Positions 36,786 through 49,511 of a stretch of DNA of 64,000 nucleotides are shown in pieces. The stretch spans positions 19,654,001 through 19,718,000 of the forward strand of contig NC_043021.1 of the NCBI RefSeq assembly GCF_006345805.1, in the 5' to 3' direction. The position numbers were made by a program, and so were the translations under genes. Positions within the stretch are counted from its first letter, which is position 1; each line of letters opens with the position of its first letter. The stretch is from Octopus sinensis. Lineage: Eukaryota. The notes beneath the pieces are model-generated. The model ran no database searches. It was not told where the DNA came from and saw only the letters and a program-made list of their open reading frames with translations.

Positions 36786-37060
36786 CTGAAAGAGAAATTA
36801 AAAATACATAATATATATATATATACATATATATCTATTTCTTTACTACCCACAAGGGGCTAAACACAGAGAGGACAAAGAAACGGATTAAGTCGATTAT
36901 ATCGACCCCAGTGCGTGAATGGTACTTATTTAATCGACCCGAAAGGATGAAAGGCAAAGTCGACCTCGGCGGAATTTGAACTCAGAACGTAGCGGCAGAC
37001 GAAATACGGCTTCGCATTTCGCCCGGCGTGCTAACGGTTCTGCCAGCTCGCCGCCTTGTA

Positions 37061-37093
<33 letters not shown>

Positions 37094-37995
37094 GTTAATA
37101 AAATAGAATATATGCATATATATATAAACATATATGTACGTACCTACCTCTCATGTACATATACACGCATATGTGTACAGGACACCAAAAGACGTCGAAC
37201 ACATAGAGAGACGAAACACATAGACACAAACCAAGGAACAAGACAAGCAAAAAAAGGGAGAGATACAGGACAATAAGCACAACGAAAAATCCCCTTCTTC
37301 AGTCGCTAAGATTTCATCTACTAAACGTTTCGAAGGATAAAAGCGAGACGTATACTTCGAAGAAAAATTCCTTCCCGCGAAAAGCAAATCAATTAAAATT
37401 CTGAGATCTTTTCGCAGAGGGGTAAAAAAAAAGCAGACGGTAACGACAGTACAAACATATAAACAGTAAAAAATATATATATAAACAGTGGAAAAATAAA
37501 TATATAACAGTGAGAGACAAGACAAGGAGAACAAGATAAGAAGGGCTGTTAACGCCAGACGAAAAAGTATTGTAAACGCTGGTATCGTGGAAGACAGAGA
37601 GGGAAAATTTTTGTAACCAGAAGCCTTGCAAGGCGGGCGAGAAAGGACAGGATAGCAGTACGACAGAAGTATCGTCGCAGATGGATGACGGAATGGGGGA
37701 GGAGGAGCAAGAGGAAGAGAGAGAAGAAGGGGAATGGTGCGAGGAGACCATGAAGAATGGTGAAAGGGAGAGAGAGAATGAAGAATGAGAGAGAGAGGAA
37801 GAGACAAGTTAAGTGAGGGAAAAAAAAGACGAAAAGGGAATGAGAGAGAAAGAAAGAAAGATGCAGAGTCGCGTGAGAGTTAATATATATATATACATAT
37901 AATCTTTTATATATATTATATATATATATATATATATACACATATCTTTTATATATATATATATATACACATATCTTTTATATATATATATACAC

Positions 37996-38036
<41 letters not shown>

Positions 38037-38061
38037 CTTTTATATATATATATATATATAT

Positions 38062-38937
38062 ACTCTGTTTACTATTTCAGCCTCGCCTCGTTTTTGCATA
38101 TTCTGTATAATTCATTAGTTATCGTTATAGATATTTAAGATCTATCTCCCTTACAGGGCTGATCGAATTGGCCGCCGATTTCTTCGCGGGGTCTCTTCCC
38201 CTTCTCTCCCCCTCTTTTTACATTGTCTGTCTGGACTCCTCTCTTCCTACTTCTCTCCATGGCTATGCATACTTAAGCTAGTAACCTGCCTCATTCTTGA
38301 TTCCGAATTCCTTTTGCCAAGTCTGTCCGTAAACGAAGTGATCCCAAGATAAGAAATCTTTGAACTTTAATTCACCCCGTATCTCTATTTATTATTATTT
38401 ATTATGTATCATTATTCTGAGCCCCCTAGTCGCCACTCTGTTTACTATTTCAGCCTCGCCTCGTTTTTGCATATTCTGTATAATTCATTAGTTATCGTTA
38501 TAGATATTTAAGATCTATCTCCCTTACAGGGCTGATCGAATTGGCCGCCGATTTCTTCGCGGGGTTCTCTTCCCCTTCTCTCCCCCTCTTTTTACATTGT
38601 CTGTCTGGACTCCTCTCTTCCTACTTCTCTCCATGGCTATGCATACTTAAGCTAGTAACCTGCCTCATTCTTGATTCCGAATTCCTTTTGCCAAGTCTGT
38701 CCGTAAACGAAGTGATCCCAAGATAAGAAATCTTTGAACTTTAATTCACCCCGTATCTCTATTTATTATTATTTATTATGTATCATTATTCTGAGCCCCC
38801 TAGTCGCCACTCTGTTTACTATTTCAGCCTCGCCTTCTTTTTGCATATTCTGTATAATTCATTAGTTATCGTTATAGATATTTAAGATCTATCTCCCTTA
38901 CAGGGCTGATCGAATTGGCCGCCGATTCTTCGCGGCG
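38062..38937 (+). repeat. Tandem repeat, 373-374 bp unit, ~2.3 copies
   Basis: Units start at 38062, 38435 and 38809 and are nearly identical. Confidence 0.95.
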
Positions 38938-39050
38938 CGCCCGCCCTACCCACCCCCTCCACCACCACCACCCCACCACCACCACCACCACACACCACCA
39001 ATACCGGATATCTCTATTTTGCTCCAACTATACCGGATGTCGTTTCTCCA

Positions 39051-39520
39051 CCACCATTATAGGTGTCTACTCTTTGAACCCCCCTCTTCAATACGCTATT
39101 TCACCATGCATTACCCCTCTTTCGATATCTACGTTCTACTTGCCTAGAACCTGTCCTCTGAACCACCCTCCACTGGTGCTCCCCTATATTTCTGCACCCC
39201 CCCACCACCATTATAGGTGTCTACTCTTTGAACCCCCCTCTTCAATACGCTATTTCACCATGCATTACCCCTCTCTCGATATCCTACGTCTACTTGCCTA
39301 GAACCTGTCCTCAGAACCACCCCTCCCACTGGTGCTCCGCTATATTTCTGCACCCCCCCCCCACCACCATTATAGGTGTCTACTCTTTGAACCCCCCTCT
39401 TCAATACGCTATTTCCCATGCATTACCCCTCTCTCGATTTCCTACGTTTACTTGCCTAGAACCTGTCCTCTGAACCACCCCTCCCACTGGTGCTCCCCTA
39501 TATTTCTGCACCCCCCCCCC
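39051..39520 (+). repeat. C-rich tandem repeat, ~155 bp unit x3
   Basis: ccaccattataggtgtctactc recurs at 39051, 39205 and 39364. Confidence 0.92.
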
Positions 39521-39760
39521 ATAAAAAGCACCATCCGAACATGGCCGATGCCAGACCCCTCTGGCACCTGTGCAGGTGGCACGTAAAAAACACCCACTAC
39601 ACTCGCGGAGTGGTTGGCGTTAGGAAGGGCATCAGCTGTAGAAACACTGCCAGACTAGACTGGAGCCTGGGCAGTCCCGAGCTCCCCAGACCCCGGTCGA
39701 AACCGTCCACCCGTGCTAGCGCGGAAAACGGACGTTAAACGATGATGATGATGATGATGA

Positions 39761-39798
<38 letters not shown>

Positions 39799-39803
39799 CT
39801 TTT

Positions 39804-39837
<34 letters not shown>

Positions 39838-39939
39838 ATATTATATACATATAATATATAATAATATATATATATATATATTATACATATATATATATAT
39901 TATCATAATATCTTTTTTAAAAATTTATCTTACTATTTT

Positions 39940-42900
39940 TATCGTTGTTACTACGTTTATTCATACATTGATAACTTGATTCGTCTTACCCATCTCTTCA
40001 CTACGAAAATTTAACCTTTTAGGCTACTTTCAAGCCTTCGCCATAACTTGATTTATTTTTCCTATCTCTCTCTCTACGAAAATTTAACCTTAGGCTACCT
40101 CAAGCCGTAATCCCATCTTTTCCCATCTTTCCGCCATTGGCGGTGCGCCCGCCCCCACCACCCACCCCCACCACCAATACCGATGAACCTGTTCTCACCC
40201 CCACCACCAATACCGGAACACTGTTCTCACCCCCACCACCAATACCGGTGAACACTGTTCTCACCGCCACCACCACCAATACCGGTATATCCCTGTTTCT
40301 CACCATCTACACCGGATACGCCCTACTCATCTACACCGGATACGCCCTACTCCCTCCTCCTCCCCCAACTACCCCTTATCCTCTCATATGCTTTCACTGT
40401 GAAAAGACAAGCTGCTAACGCCATAGCTCATCAACTGCCCACCGATCTTACGCTTCCTCCTGACACTGCCTCAATCCGACCATCCCCTTTTAGTACCCTC
40501 CCGCCTCGTAATATCCTACGTTTTTATTTCTTACGAACCTACACCAACCCTTCCTGCCATCGTTCCTCCTTACCCCAACCTTCCCCACTGGTTGCTCCCC
40601 TATATTACCCACCCGCCTCAACTGGACCCCCCCTCCCCACTCAACTCTAGAATATCTGTATTTCTTTCCTCTACCTAATTACGTTACTCAGTGACGATAA
40701 CGAATGTCCACTGCTAACACCAGCTCCTGCCCACGGCATGGTCAGGTTGGAAGAGAGATCAAAAGAAAAATACCACGAAAACTATCACCACCACAACAAC
40801 CCTCCTCTTCTCAGGCGCCGAATCCCCCCCGTCCCCCCACATCTCCTCCCAGTTTTCAGAGTTGGCACTATCAATGTTGGTACATTGACAGGCAAGTCTA
40901 GTGAGATTGTAGAGATGCTAGAGAGAAGACAGGTTGATGTATGCTGCATACAAGAGGTAAGATGGAGAGATGCTTCGGCTAGGGTCCTCACGGGCAAGGC
41001 ACTTAGGTACAAACTCTACTGGCAAGGTAACGCGGAAGGTGTAGGGGGTGTAGGCATTCTCCTGCGGAGGAATGGGTGGATAAGGTCATAGAGGTTGTCA
41101 GGGTTTGTGATAGAGTGCTTAAGCTCAGGTTGGTCTTACAGAGTGGCACAGCTATGATTATCTCAGCTATGCCCCACAAGCGGGACTACCAAATGATCAG
41201 AAGGACAACTTTTATGATACCCTTCTGCAGGCTACTTCAAAGACTAGTAACAAGGACCTCATCTTTTAGGTGGAGATTTTAATGGGCATGTTGGGCGGGG
41301 GAATCGGGTATCTTCACTGGGGTACATGGTGGCTATGGTATTGGCACCAGAAATGATGAGGGAACTAGACTGCTGGAATTCTGTGATGCATGTAACCTTT
41401 CAATTTGCACACTAACTTCAAGAAGCCAGTCTGCCACCTTATAACTTATCAGTCAGGAGACTCCGCTAGCCAAATAGACTTCATCCTCACCAGACAACGG
41501 GATGCAGGGTTGCTCTTGAATACAAAGACCCTCCCGGGTGAAGAATGTATCCCTCAGCATAGACTAATCATGAGTGACTTTAAGCTTGAGGCCAGAAGGA
41601 CTCCAAGAAACAAACCAATCCAGAAAAAGAAGGATTTGGAGGCTAAAGAACCCTTCGCATGGTCAGAAATTTAGGGACATACTCATCAAGAATTTGATGA
41701 GAGGGAGGAGAGAGCTTCAGACGTCAGACATAGAAGGTAGCTGGGAATTCCTACGGGACAGCTTGTTGAGTGCCACAGACCAAGTCTGTGGATGGTGCAA
41801 AGTCCCTTCCAGACCTAGAATTACGTGGTGGTGGAATAGTGCAGTAGATAAAGCCATCTGTGAAAAGAGACGGGCCTGGAAAGCTTGGAAGGATGGGGGC
41901 AGCAGGGAACTGTACCAGATAGCCAAAAGGAGGCTGGGCGGCAGGTATACATTGCCAAAGATGTAGCAGAAAAGAAGAAGTTTGCCAATGTCCAGCGTCG
42001 CGAGGATCAAAGAGCTGAAGTATTTCGGATTGCCAGACAGTGTGTCAGAGAAAATAGCGATGTTATAGGAGAGAAATGTGTCCGCATGGATGATGGGGCA
42101 CTTGCTTTTACTACTAGTGAAAAGAAAGAGGCTTGGAGAAGCCATTATGAAAGACTGCTGAATGAGGAGAATGAATGGGAGGAGGAGAGCCTGCCAAATG
42201 TTGACCCAGTAGAGGGACCAGCTACCCGAATAGACAGCTCCCTTGTAGATAAGGCAATTAAGGATATGAAACCAGGCAAAGCCCCTGGCCTATCAGGAAT
42301 CACTGCTGAGATGCTTAAAAACAGCTGGCTATGTGGGCTATGCCATAGTCACCCGCATTGTAAACCAGGTAGTTCACAATGGAGTCATACCCAATGACTG
42401 GTGCAGCAGCACCATAGTCAACTGCTACAAGGGTAAGGGTGATGCTCTAGATAGAAATAACTACAGAGGTATCAAACTGTTGGACCAGGTGATGAAGGTC
42501 TCAGAGAAGGTCATAACCAATCTCATTAGGGAGAGAATTTGTTTAGATGAAATGCAGTTCGGTTTTGTACCAGGTAGAAGCACCACTGATGCTATATTCC
42601 TGGTCCGACAACTGCAGCAGAAGTACCTAGCTAAAGATAAACCCTCTACATAGCTTTTGTAGACTTGGAGAAAGCCTTTGACAGGGTTCCCCGTTCCCTT
42701 ATCTGGTGGTCGATGCGGAAACTGGAGATTGAGAATGGCTAATAAGGGCTGTACAGGCTCTATACAGAGAGGCTGTCAGCAAGGTTAGGATGGCAACGAA
42801 TATAGTGAAGAATTCCGGGTAGAAGTAGGTGTGCACCAGGGCTCAGCCCTCAGTCCCCTTTATTCATCATAGTCCTTCAGGCAATAAAGAGGAATTCAAA

Positions 42901-44215
42901 ACGGGATGCCCCTGGGAGCTCCTCTATGCCGATGACCTAGCTCTCATAGCAGAATCACTACCGGAACTAGAAGAGAAATTTCGGGTGTGGAAGCAAGGGT
43001 TGGAATCAAAGGGCCTTAGAATAAATGTAGCAAAGACCAAAGTATTAGTAAGCAGCAAGAGGTACTCAGCACATCCCTCGGGTAGGGGGCCCTGCTCAAC
43101 CTGTAGGAAAGGTACAGGTAGAAACTCCATAAGACGCACCCAATGTAAGTTATGGACACATAAGAGGTGCAGCAACATTAAAGGGAAATTAACAGATAAG
43201 ATAGCTTCACATGTGCGGCAGATGCACAGGGACAATAGACACAACAGACACTCAGAAACAGATTCCATCACACTCCAGGGAGAGAAACTAGAAGTAGTTG
43301 ATAGTTTCCGCTACCTGGGAGACCAAGTTAGTAGCGGAGGTGGATGCACAGAGAGTATCACCACTAGAATACGAATAGCCTGGGCAAAGTTCAGAAAGCT
43401 CCTACCCCTACTGGCAACAAAAGGTCTCTCCCTCAGAGCAAAAGGTAGATTGTATGATGCATGTGTGCGAACTGCCATGCTTCACGGTAATGAAACATGG
43501 GCTGTGACTGCAGAAGACATGCGTAGACTTGAAAGAAATGAAGCTAGCATGATCCGCTGGATGTATAGTGTCAGTGTGCACGCAAAACAGAGTGTAAGTA
43601 TCCTGAGAGAAATGCTGGATATAAGAAGCATCAGATGTGGTGTGCAAGAGCGACGCTTGCGATGGTATGGTCATGTGCTGCGGATGGATGAAGAGAGATG
43701 TGTGAAGAAGTGCCACTCCAAACAGTTGAAGGTATCAAGGATGGAGAGGATAGGTAGACCCAGGAAGACATGGGATGAGGTGGTCAAGCATGACCTCAGA
43801 GCATTGGGCCTCACTGAGGCAATGGCGAAGGACCGAGATCTCTGGAGATATGCTGTGACTACAAAGACCCGGGCTGCTTTCTGCAGCAATTCCACATACC
43901 CCCTACCCATTCTAAGTACCCCGGATCCCCAAAGTACCCCGGGACCTCGTTGCCCCCGTGCCGCTGACACGTTAAAATGCTCGAACCGATCGTGACGATG
44001 CCGGACCCTCCGGCCCCTGTGCAGGTGGCACGTAAAAAGCACCCAATCCACTCACGGAGTGGTTGGCGTTAGGAAGGGCATCCAGCCGTAGAAACTCTGC
44101 CAGATTCAGACTGGAGCCTGGTGCGGCCCCTGGCTTCCCAGACCCGGTCAAACCGTCCAACCCGTGCTAGCGCGGAAAGCGGACGTTAAACGATGATGAT
44201 GATGATGATGATGAT
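39940..44215 (+). mobile_element. RTE-clade LINE, near full length, ORF broken by frameshifts; 3' UTR ends in (GAT)n
   Basis: APE endonuclease (RVGTINVGTL, CIQEVRWR, QIDFIL), RT motifs (NYRGIKLL, QFGFVPGRSTTDAIF, FVDLEKAFDRV, LLYADD), C-terminal RLRWYGHV...GRPRKTW; ORF pieces switch frame from 40738 to ~43880; 5' boundary approximate. Confidence 0.93.
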
Positions 44216-45444
44216 ACATATATATCTTTTACTTGTTTCAGTAATTTGACAGTGGCCATGGAGGAGCAAAGCCTTAAAAGGGTTTTACTTGTATGAAATC
44301 AACCCTACAACTTATTCTTTGTAAGTCCAGTACTTATTTTACTGGTCTCTTTATTCCCGAACCACTTCTTGAGCAGTGACGGGGGAGACAGACACACACA
44401 CACACACAAGCTTTCAGTTTCCGTCTACCAAATCCACTCACAATGGCTTTGGTCTGCCCGAGGCTATAGTAGAAGACACTTGCCCAAGTTGCCACACTAA
44501 TCAATCAAGTGTGTCAAAAACACATTCATCATAATGGAAACATTCTCTTGTGACAAACACAACAGTGATTAGCATATTCACACTTGAATCTATCTACTGG
44601 ACTGTATAAAGAAATAATATTCAAGTTATCAAAGTGTACTACTTACCTCCAAGTTCCCTATTACTCTCAAAATTAATTGAAATACATTGAATATTTCATA
44701 ATATGGCTAATGAAAGGGTTTTAAAATTTCCACTTAATATTTGCATCATCATTATCATTAGTCAAAACCTGGAGACATGACTCAACCAGGAAGACTTTGA
44801 TACACCAACACTGATGCTGACCCCGAACATGCTAACGTTGGCTCATGGGCCCAGTTTCTATGGCATATGTGTTCTCCCCAGCTGGACGGGACGCCAGTCC
44901 ATCACAGCGTTACTCAAGAAACAGGAAGAAAGAGTGAGAGAAAGTTAGGGCAAAAGGGTATAACAGGGGTTGCCTCCACCCCCTACCAGAGCCTTGCGGA
45001 GCTTTATGTGTTTTCGCTCAATAAACACACACAACGCCCGGTCTGAGAATCAAAACCGCGATTCCACTGCCCTAACCACTGGGCCATTGTGCCTCCACAC
45101 ACACACACATATATATAAATGTATAAACAAATATCCACACATATACACATACACATGAATGCACACAGACATGTAAGCACGCACACACACACACACACAC
45201 ACATGTAAGCACGCACACACACACACACACACACACACATGATGCGCACATACATTTGCATAGCATATTTTTCAATATACAAGTCAAGTTTTTCATACGA
45301 AAATTTACAGTCATACAAAAGAAGAAAAAAGGAAAAAAGGGTCAACTTATACACCAAGAGGATCAAAAATTCCTTGTGAAATGCAGCAGGATTTGGAAAG
45401 ACAGTGACGATGCTTGAATCTTTACACACGTTTACACTCTATAC

Positions 45445-45661
45445 CAGTGGTTTTCAACCAGGGTTCCGCGGAACCTTAGGGTTCTGCCAGTACAGTCTAG
45501 GGGTTCCGCAAGAAGTTACAAAAATGCTAAAATCGACTAATTTTTAATTCTCCTGTGCAGATATGTGTGCATAAGACTATTAAATTATTGCACAGGGGTT
45601 CCTCGAGCTAGTGGAACGTTTCCTTGGGGTTCCGCTTCAGCAAAAGCTGTGAAAAGCACTG
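45445..45661. mobile_element. hAT-like MITE with perfect 8-bp TSD ctctatac
   Basis: CAGTGGTTTTCA...TGAAAAGCACTG termini; ctctatac at 45437-45444 and 45662-45669; same family as 2882-3082. Confidence 0.85.
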
Positions 45662-45733
45662 CTCTATACGATTGACTTGTATGCCAGAAAATATAATAAG
45701 TAGACACACACATTATACAGAAGTTCCAATTCT

Positions 45734-46405
45734 TTAACCCTTTCGTTACTGTATTTATTTTGAGATGCTCTGTGTTTCTTTCAATCATTTTAAATATAAC
45801 AAAGAATTTAGTAAAATAACTTAGTCATCATTAAGCTAGTGTTAGGAACATAAATTGTGACTAAGGTTTGGTGGAATATTTTAATTCAAAACTTATGAAA
45901 ACAAGACATTTGTACCCAGAGCCAGAGCCGGTTTCAGCTGGGTTGGTATTGAAAGGGTTAAATTAATCATTTGTTAACCCTTTTGTTACCATATTTCTAT
46001 TGAAATGCTCTCTGTTTCCTTCAATTACTTTAAATATAACAAAGGATTTTGTAAAATAACTTAGGAGCATAAATTGTGACTAAGGTTTGGTGGAAGATTT
46101 TAATTCAAAACTTATGAAAACAAGACATTTGTACCCAGAGCTTGAGCCAGTTTCAGCTGGGTTGGTATTGAAAGGGTTAAATTAATCATTTGTTAACCCT
46201 TTTGTTACCATATTTCTATTGAAATGCTCTCTGTTTCCTTCAATTACTTTAAATATAACAAAGGATTTTGTAAAATAACTTAGTCATCATTCAGCTAGTG
46301 TTCGGGACATAAATTGTGACTAAGGTTTGGTAGAAGATTTTAATTCAAAACTTATGAAAGCAGGACATTTTACCACAGAGCCAGAGTTAGTAACAAAAGG
46401 GTTAA
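45734..46405. mobile_element. Three tandem piggyBac-like MITE copies, family 1
   Basis: Each unit TTAA|CCCTTT...AAAGGG|TTAA; identical attaatcatttg spacer between units. Confidence 0.85.
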
Positions 46406-46436
46406 AATATAAAAAGAAAAAAAATTATCATTTTAC

Positions 46437-46712
46437 CGTATTCCTTCGTGGACCACATCAACTATTTCTCCAATGAAGTAACGATCTTTTGCAAAAACGA
46501 ACACATCGTCGTTCATGCCAGCTAACCGACTGCGATGGGTCAGGTTTGCCAAGTAGAGAATTGGTCGCTGAAGGTAATCGGGGAATGTAGCTAAGTGTCT
46601 TCTCGCTCGCTCTTCTGTTTCCACTGCTTCTTGGTAGGTTAATCCCCATTTTCCAGTTATTTCACACGACCAAAGAAGGCTGTTGCACAATATTATTCGC
46701 TCAAAAAACTCC
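46437..46712 (-). CDS. BAZ1A: BAZ1A exon (WAC domain): EFFERIILCNSLLWSCEITGKWGLTYQEAVETE...KDRYFIGEIVDVVHEGI(R)
   Basis: attttcag acceptor, gtaaaa donor; 276 nt, phase 2 to 2; clear WAC motif (FERxILCNSLxWSC, GLTYQEA, KDRYF). Confidence 0.96.
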
Positions 46713-47336
46713 CTGAAAATAAAGAATGAAGAAAGGACATTAAGAAAACCGTCCATCTTTGTAAATAAACTAATAATATTTTTTCTTATTTTTTCTCTGG
46801 TGTTGGTCATTTAGCTGTGGCCAGTCTGGGGCACTGCTTTCAAGTATCTTTTTTTTAATTTTTTACCTGTTTCGGTCATTGGACTGCAGTCATACCGGGG
46901 CACTGCCTTCAATTTTATTGCTTTTTAAAGCCTGGTATTTATTGTATTGATCTATTTTGCTGAACCACTAAGTTATAGGGACATAAACACACCAACACCA
47001 GTTGCGAAGTGATAGTGGCGGATAAACACAAACACTAAAACACGCACGCACACACACAAGCTTTTTTCGGTTTCCATCTACCAAATCTACAAGGCTTTGG
47101 TTGGCCCAAGGCTATAGACACTTGCCCAAGGTACGTTGTAGTGGGACTGAACCTGGAACCATGTGGTTGGGAAGCAAGCTTCTTTCCACACAGCTAAAGT
47201 AGTACAAACAAAAATAGGTGGCAAGAGTTAAACAACAGGTCGACTCTGATCCAGTAAACCAATGTTGAAAGATATTCCATCCATGACCACCTCACTCTAA
47301 TTTCAGGTAAATCTACATCTATATTGGTAAGATGTT

Positions 47337-47549
47337 AAGGCGGCGAGCTGGCAGAAACGTTTAGCGGTATTTCGTCTGCCGTTACGTTATGAGTTCAAAT
47401 TCCACCGAGGTCGACTTTGCCTTTCATCCTTTCGAGGTCGATAAATTAAGTACCAGTTACGCACTGGGGTCGATGTAATCGACTTAATCCGTTTGTCTGT
47501 CCTTGTTTGTCCCCTCTATGTTTAGCTCCTTGTGGGTAGTAAAGAAATA
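47337..47549 (+). mobile_element. SINE family B
   Basis: Full-length copy; atattggtaagatgt repeated on both flanks. Confidence 0.8.
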
Positions 47550-49476
47550 TATATTGGTAAGATGTAATGCAAGAAGAATTCAGCTACTGTTTCTAGTAGG
47601 TAGATAGAGGCTACCTCATTGGCCCATTTAGAAAATTCAATAATTAGCTACAATGGAAGGCAGATGTCAAAGAATTATTTTAGAATTTATCTTTGGAAGT
47701 AATTATAGAATCATCAAATGGAAGTATTACACCCACACACAACTATGTGTAAGAGTGTATGTACATACATACGAATCACATACACACATTCATGTACAAT
47801 CATCATCATTACCACATTCGTTTTTCCATGCAAGCATGGGTTGTATGAGACTTTTAGAGGCAGTATATTACAGCCAAGTACCCTTGCTCGTGCCACTGGT
47901 TTAGTCACCTGTTATAATGCACAGATACAGAGTACCTATTCTAAAACCTAGATACACACACACATACACATGTACTCAAGAAGACCTCAAATCGCCAGGC
48001 CTGGTCGGCGTTTGTGAGAGATGCAGCATTGAAGATGAATGAAGCCAGTTCGACCCACCCCAGGTGAATGCTGTCAAGTCAAGTCAAGAAGACCCATCCT
48101 CCACAGCTGAAGTGTTAAGGCTACTGCCCCCTCATGAAGAGGATTGGCCAGCAAGAGTCTTGTGCTGGTGCCACATAAAAAGCACTCCTGTTGATGCCAC
48201 ATTAAAAGCACACAGCATACATTGTAAAGTGGTTGGTATTATTATGAAGGGCAGGCCTGCTGCGAGCTGGCAGAACCGTTAGCACGCCGGGCGAAATGCA
48301 TAGCCGTATTTTGTCTGCCGTTACGTTGTGAGTTCAAATTCCGCCGAGGTCGACTTATCCTTTCAGGGTCGATAAATTAAGCACCAGTTACGCAGCACTG
48401 GGGTCGATGTAATCGACTTAATACCTATGTCTGTCCCTGTTTGTCCCCTCTGTGTTTAGCCCCTTGTGTGTAGCAAAGAAATAGGTATTATGAAGGGCAT
48501 CGAGTCATAGAAACCAAGCCAAATCTAACTGGTACTTGGTGCAGCTTTCCAGGTTGTCAGCATGGAAATGGACATTAAAGGACAATGATGATGATGTACA
48601 CGCACACATAAACATACAAACAGCATTTACTCAAACAATAGGGACTACATGCACTGACAAGAGACAAAAATCCAAAATCAATTTGCTCACTCTACATCAG
48701 ACATGGACAACCTTTTTTTGAGACTTGGGCCACATGAGGCATGCTTCATCATCAGGTGAGCTACACTACTAAAAAAAATTCAAAGTAATTTTTCATCAGG
48801 TGTGGCATTCAGAAAGGCCCCTAGGTCACAGGTTGCCCATGACTGCTCTACATATCAGGTTAACTTGCTAGAAATAGCACCCAAATCTCTCTCAAATCGC
48901 CATGTAATGTCCCTAAAACAGAAATTATACAATGTACACTATACAGAAAATATATATATAAAAAAAAAAAAGCAGTATGGTCCCAGATGGAAAGCAGTTG
49001 ATCATAGCTCTGCCCAATCACAGTTAACCTGGGGTTAAAAAAACACCATCAACAACACGAATAAGCACAAGCTCAACCTGTTAAAAATAGCAGCTAAATC
49101 ACACATGCTAGTCTGATAAAAAAAACAGAAGGAAGAACCTACATAGACATGGATACACCAAAAGTGACAGCTGCAGCATCTTTGAAGGTAAATCAGCTGC
49201 CCAACCAGGGTAGACCTGGGGCTAAATGACTGCAGCAACACTGGATGCAATAATGAAGTATTACAGAGACCATAAAATGTAATAGAGAGAGTTGAAAAAT
49301 CTTTGACCAAGCAGTTAGTGTACAAAATATCCCTTTCCCAACCATGTGGTCATGAGTTCAATCCCACTGCATGGTACTTTGGGGCAAGGGTCTTCTACAA
49401 TAGCCTTGGGCCAACGAAAACCTCGTGAGACGATTTCACGGACAGGAACTGCAAGAAAATTGTCATAGATGTGGGT

Positions 49477-49511
<35 letters not shown>

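Larger units (their letters stand above)
38062..39764 (+). mobile_element. Non-autonomous derivative of the RTE LINE (tandem-repeated 5' region plus same (GAT)n 3' tail, no ORF)
   Basis: 38935-39520 is homologous to LINE 40144-40620 (gcgcccgccc, caccaccaataccgg, cccactgg(t)tgctcccctatatt); 39520-39764 matches LINE 3' end 44030-44215. Confidence 0.7.

Noticed and set aside
37290-37337. Minus-strand GAAACGUU...CUGAAGAAGGGG, a possible permuted (type II) hammerhead
   Set aside because: Stem I does not pair next to the core and stem II relies on wobbles; at most a decayed repeat end.
48730-48765. Minus-strand CUGAUGA followed by a small hairpin
   Set aside because: No GAAA and no cleavage triplet.
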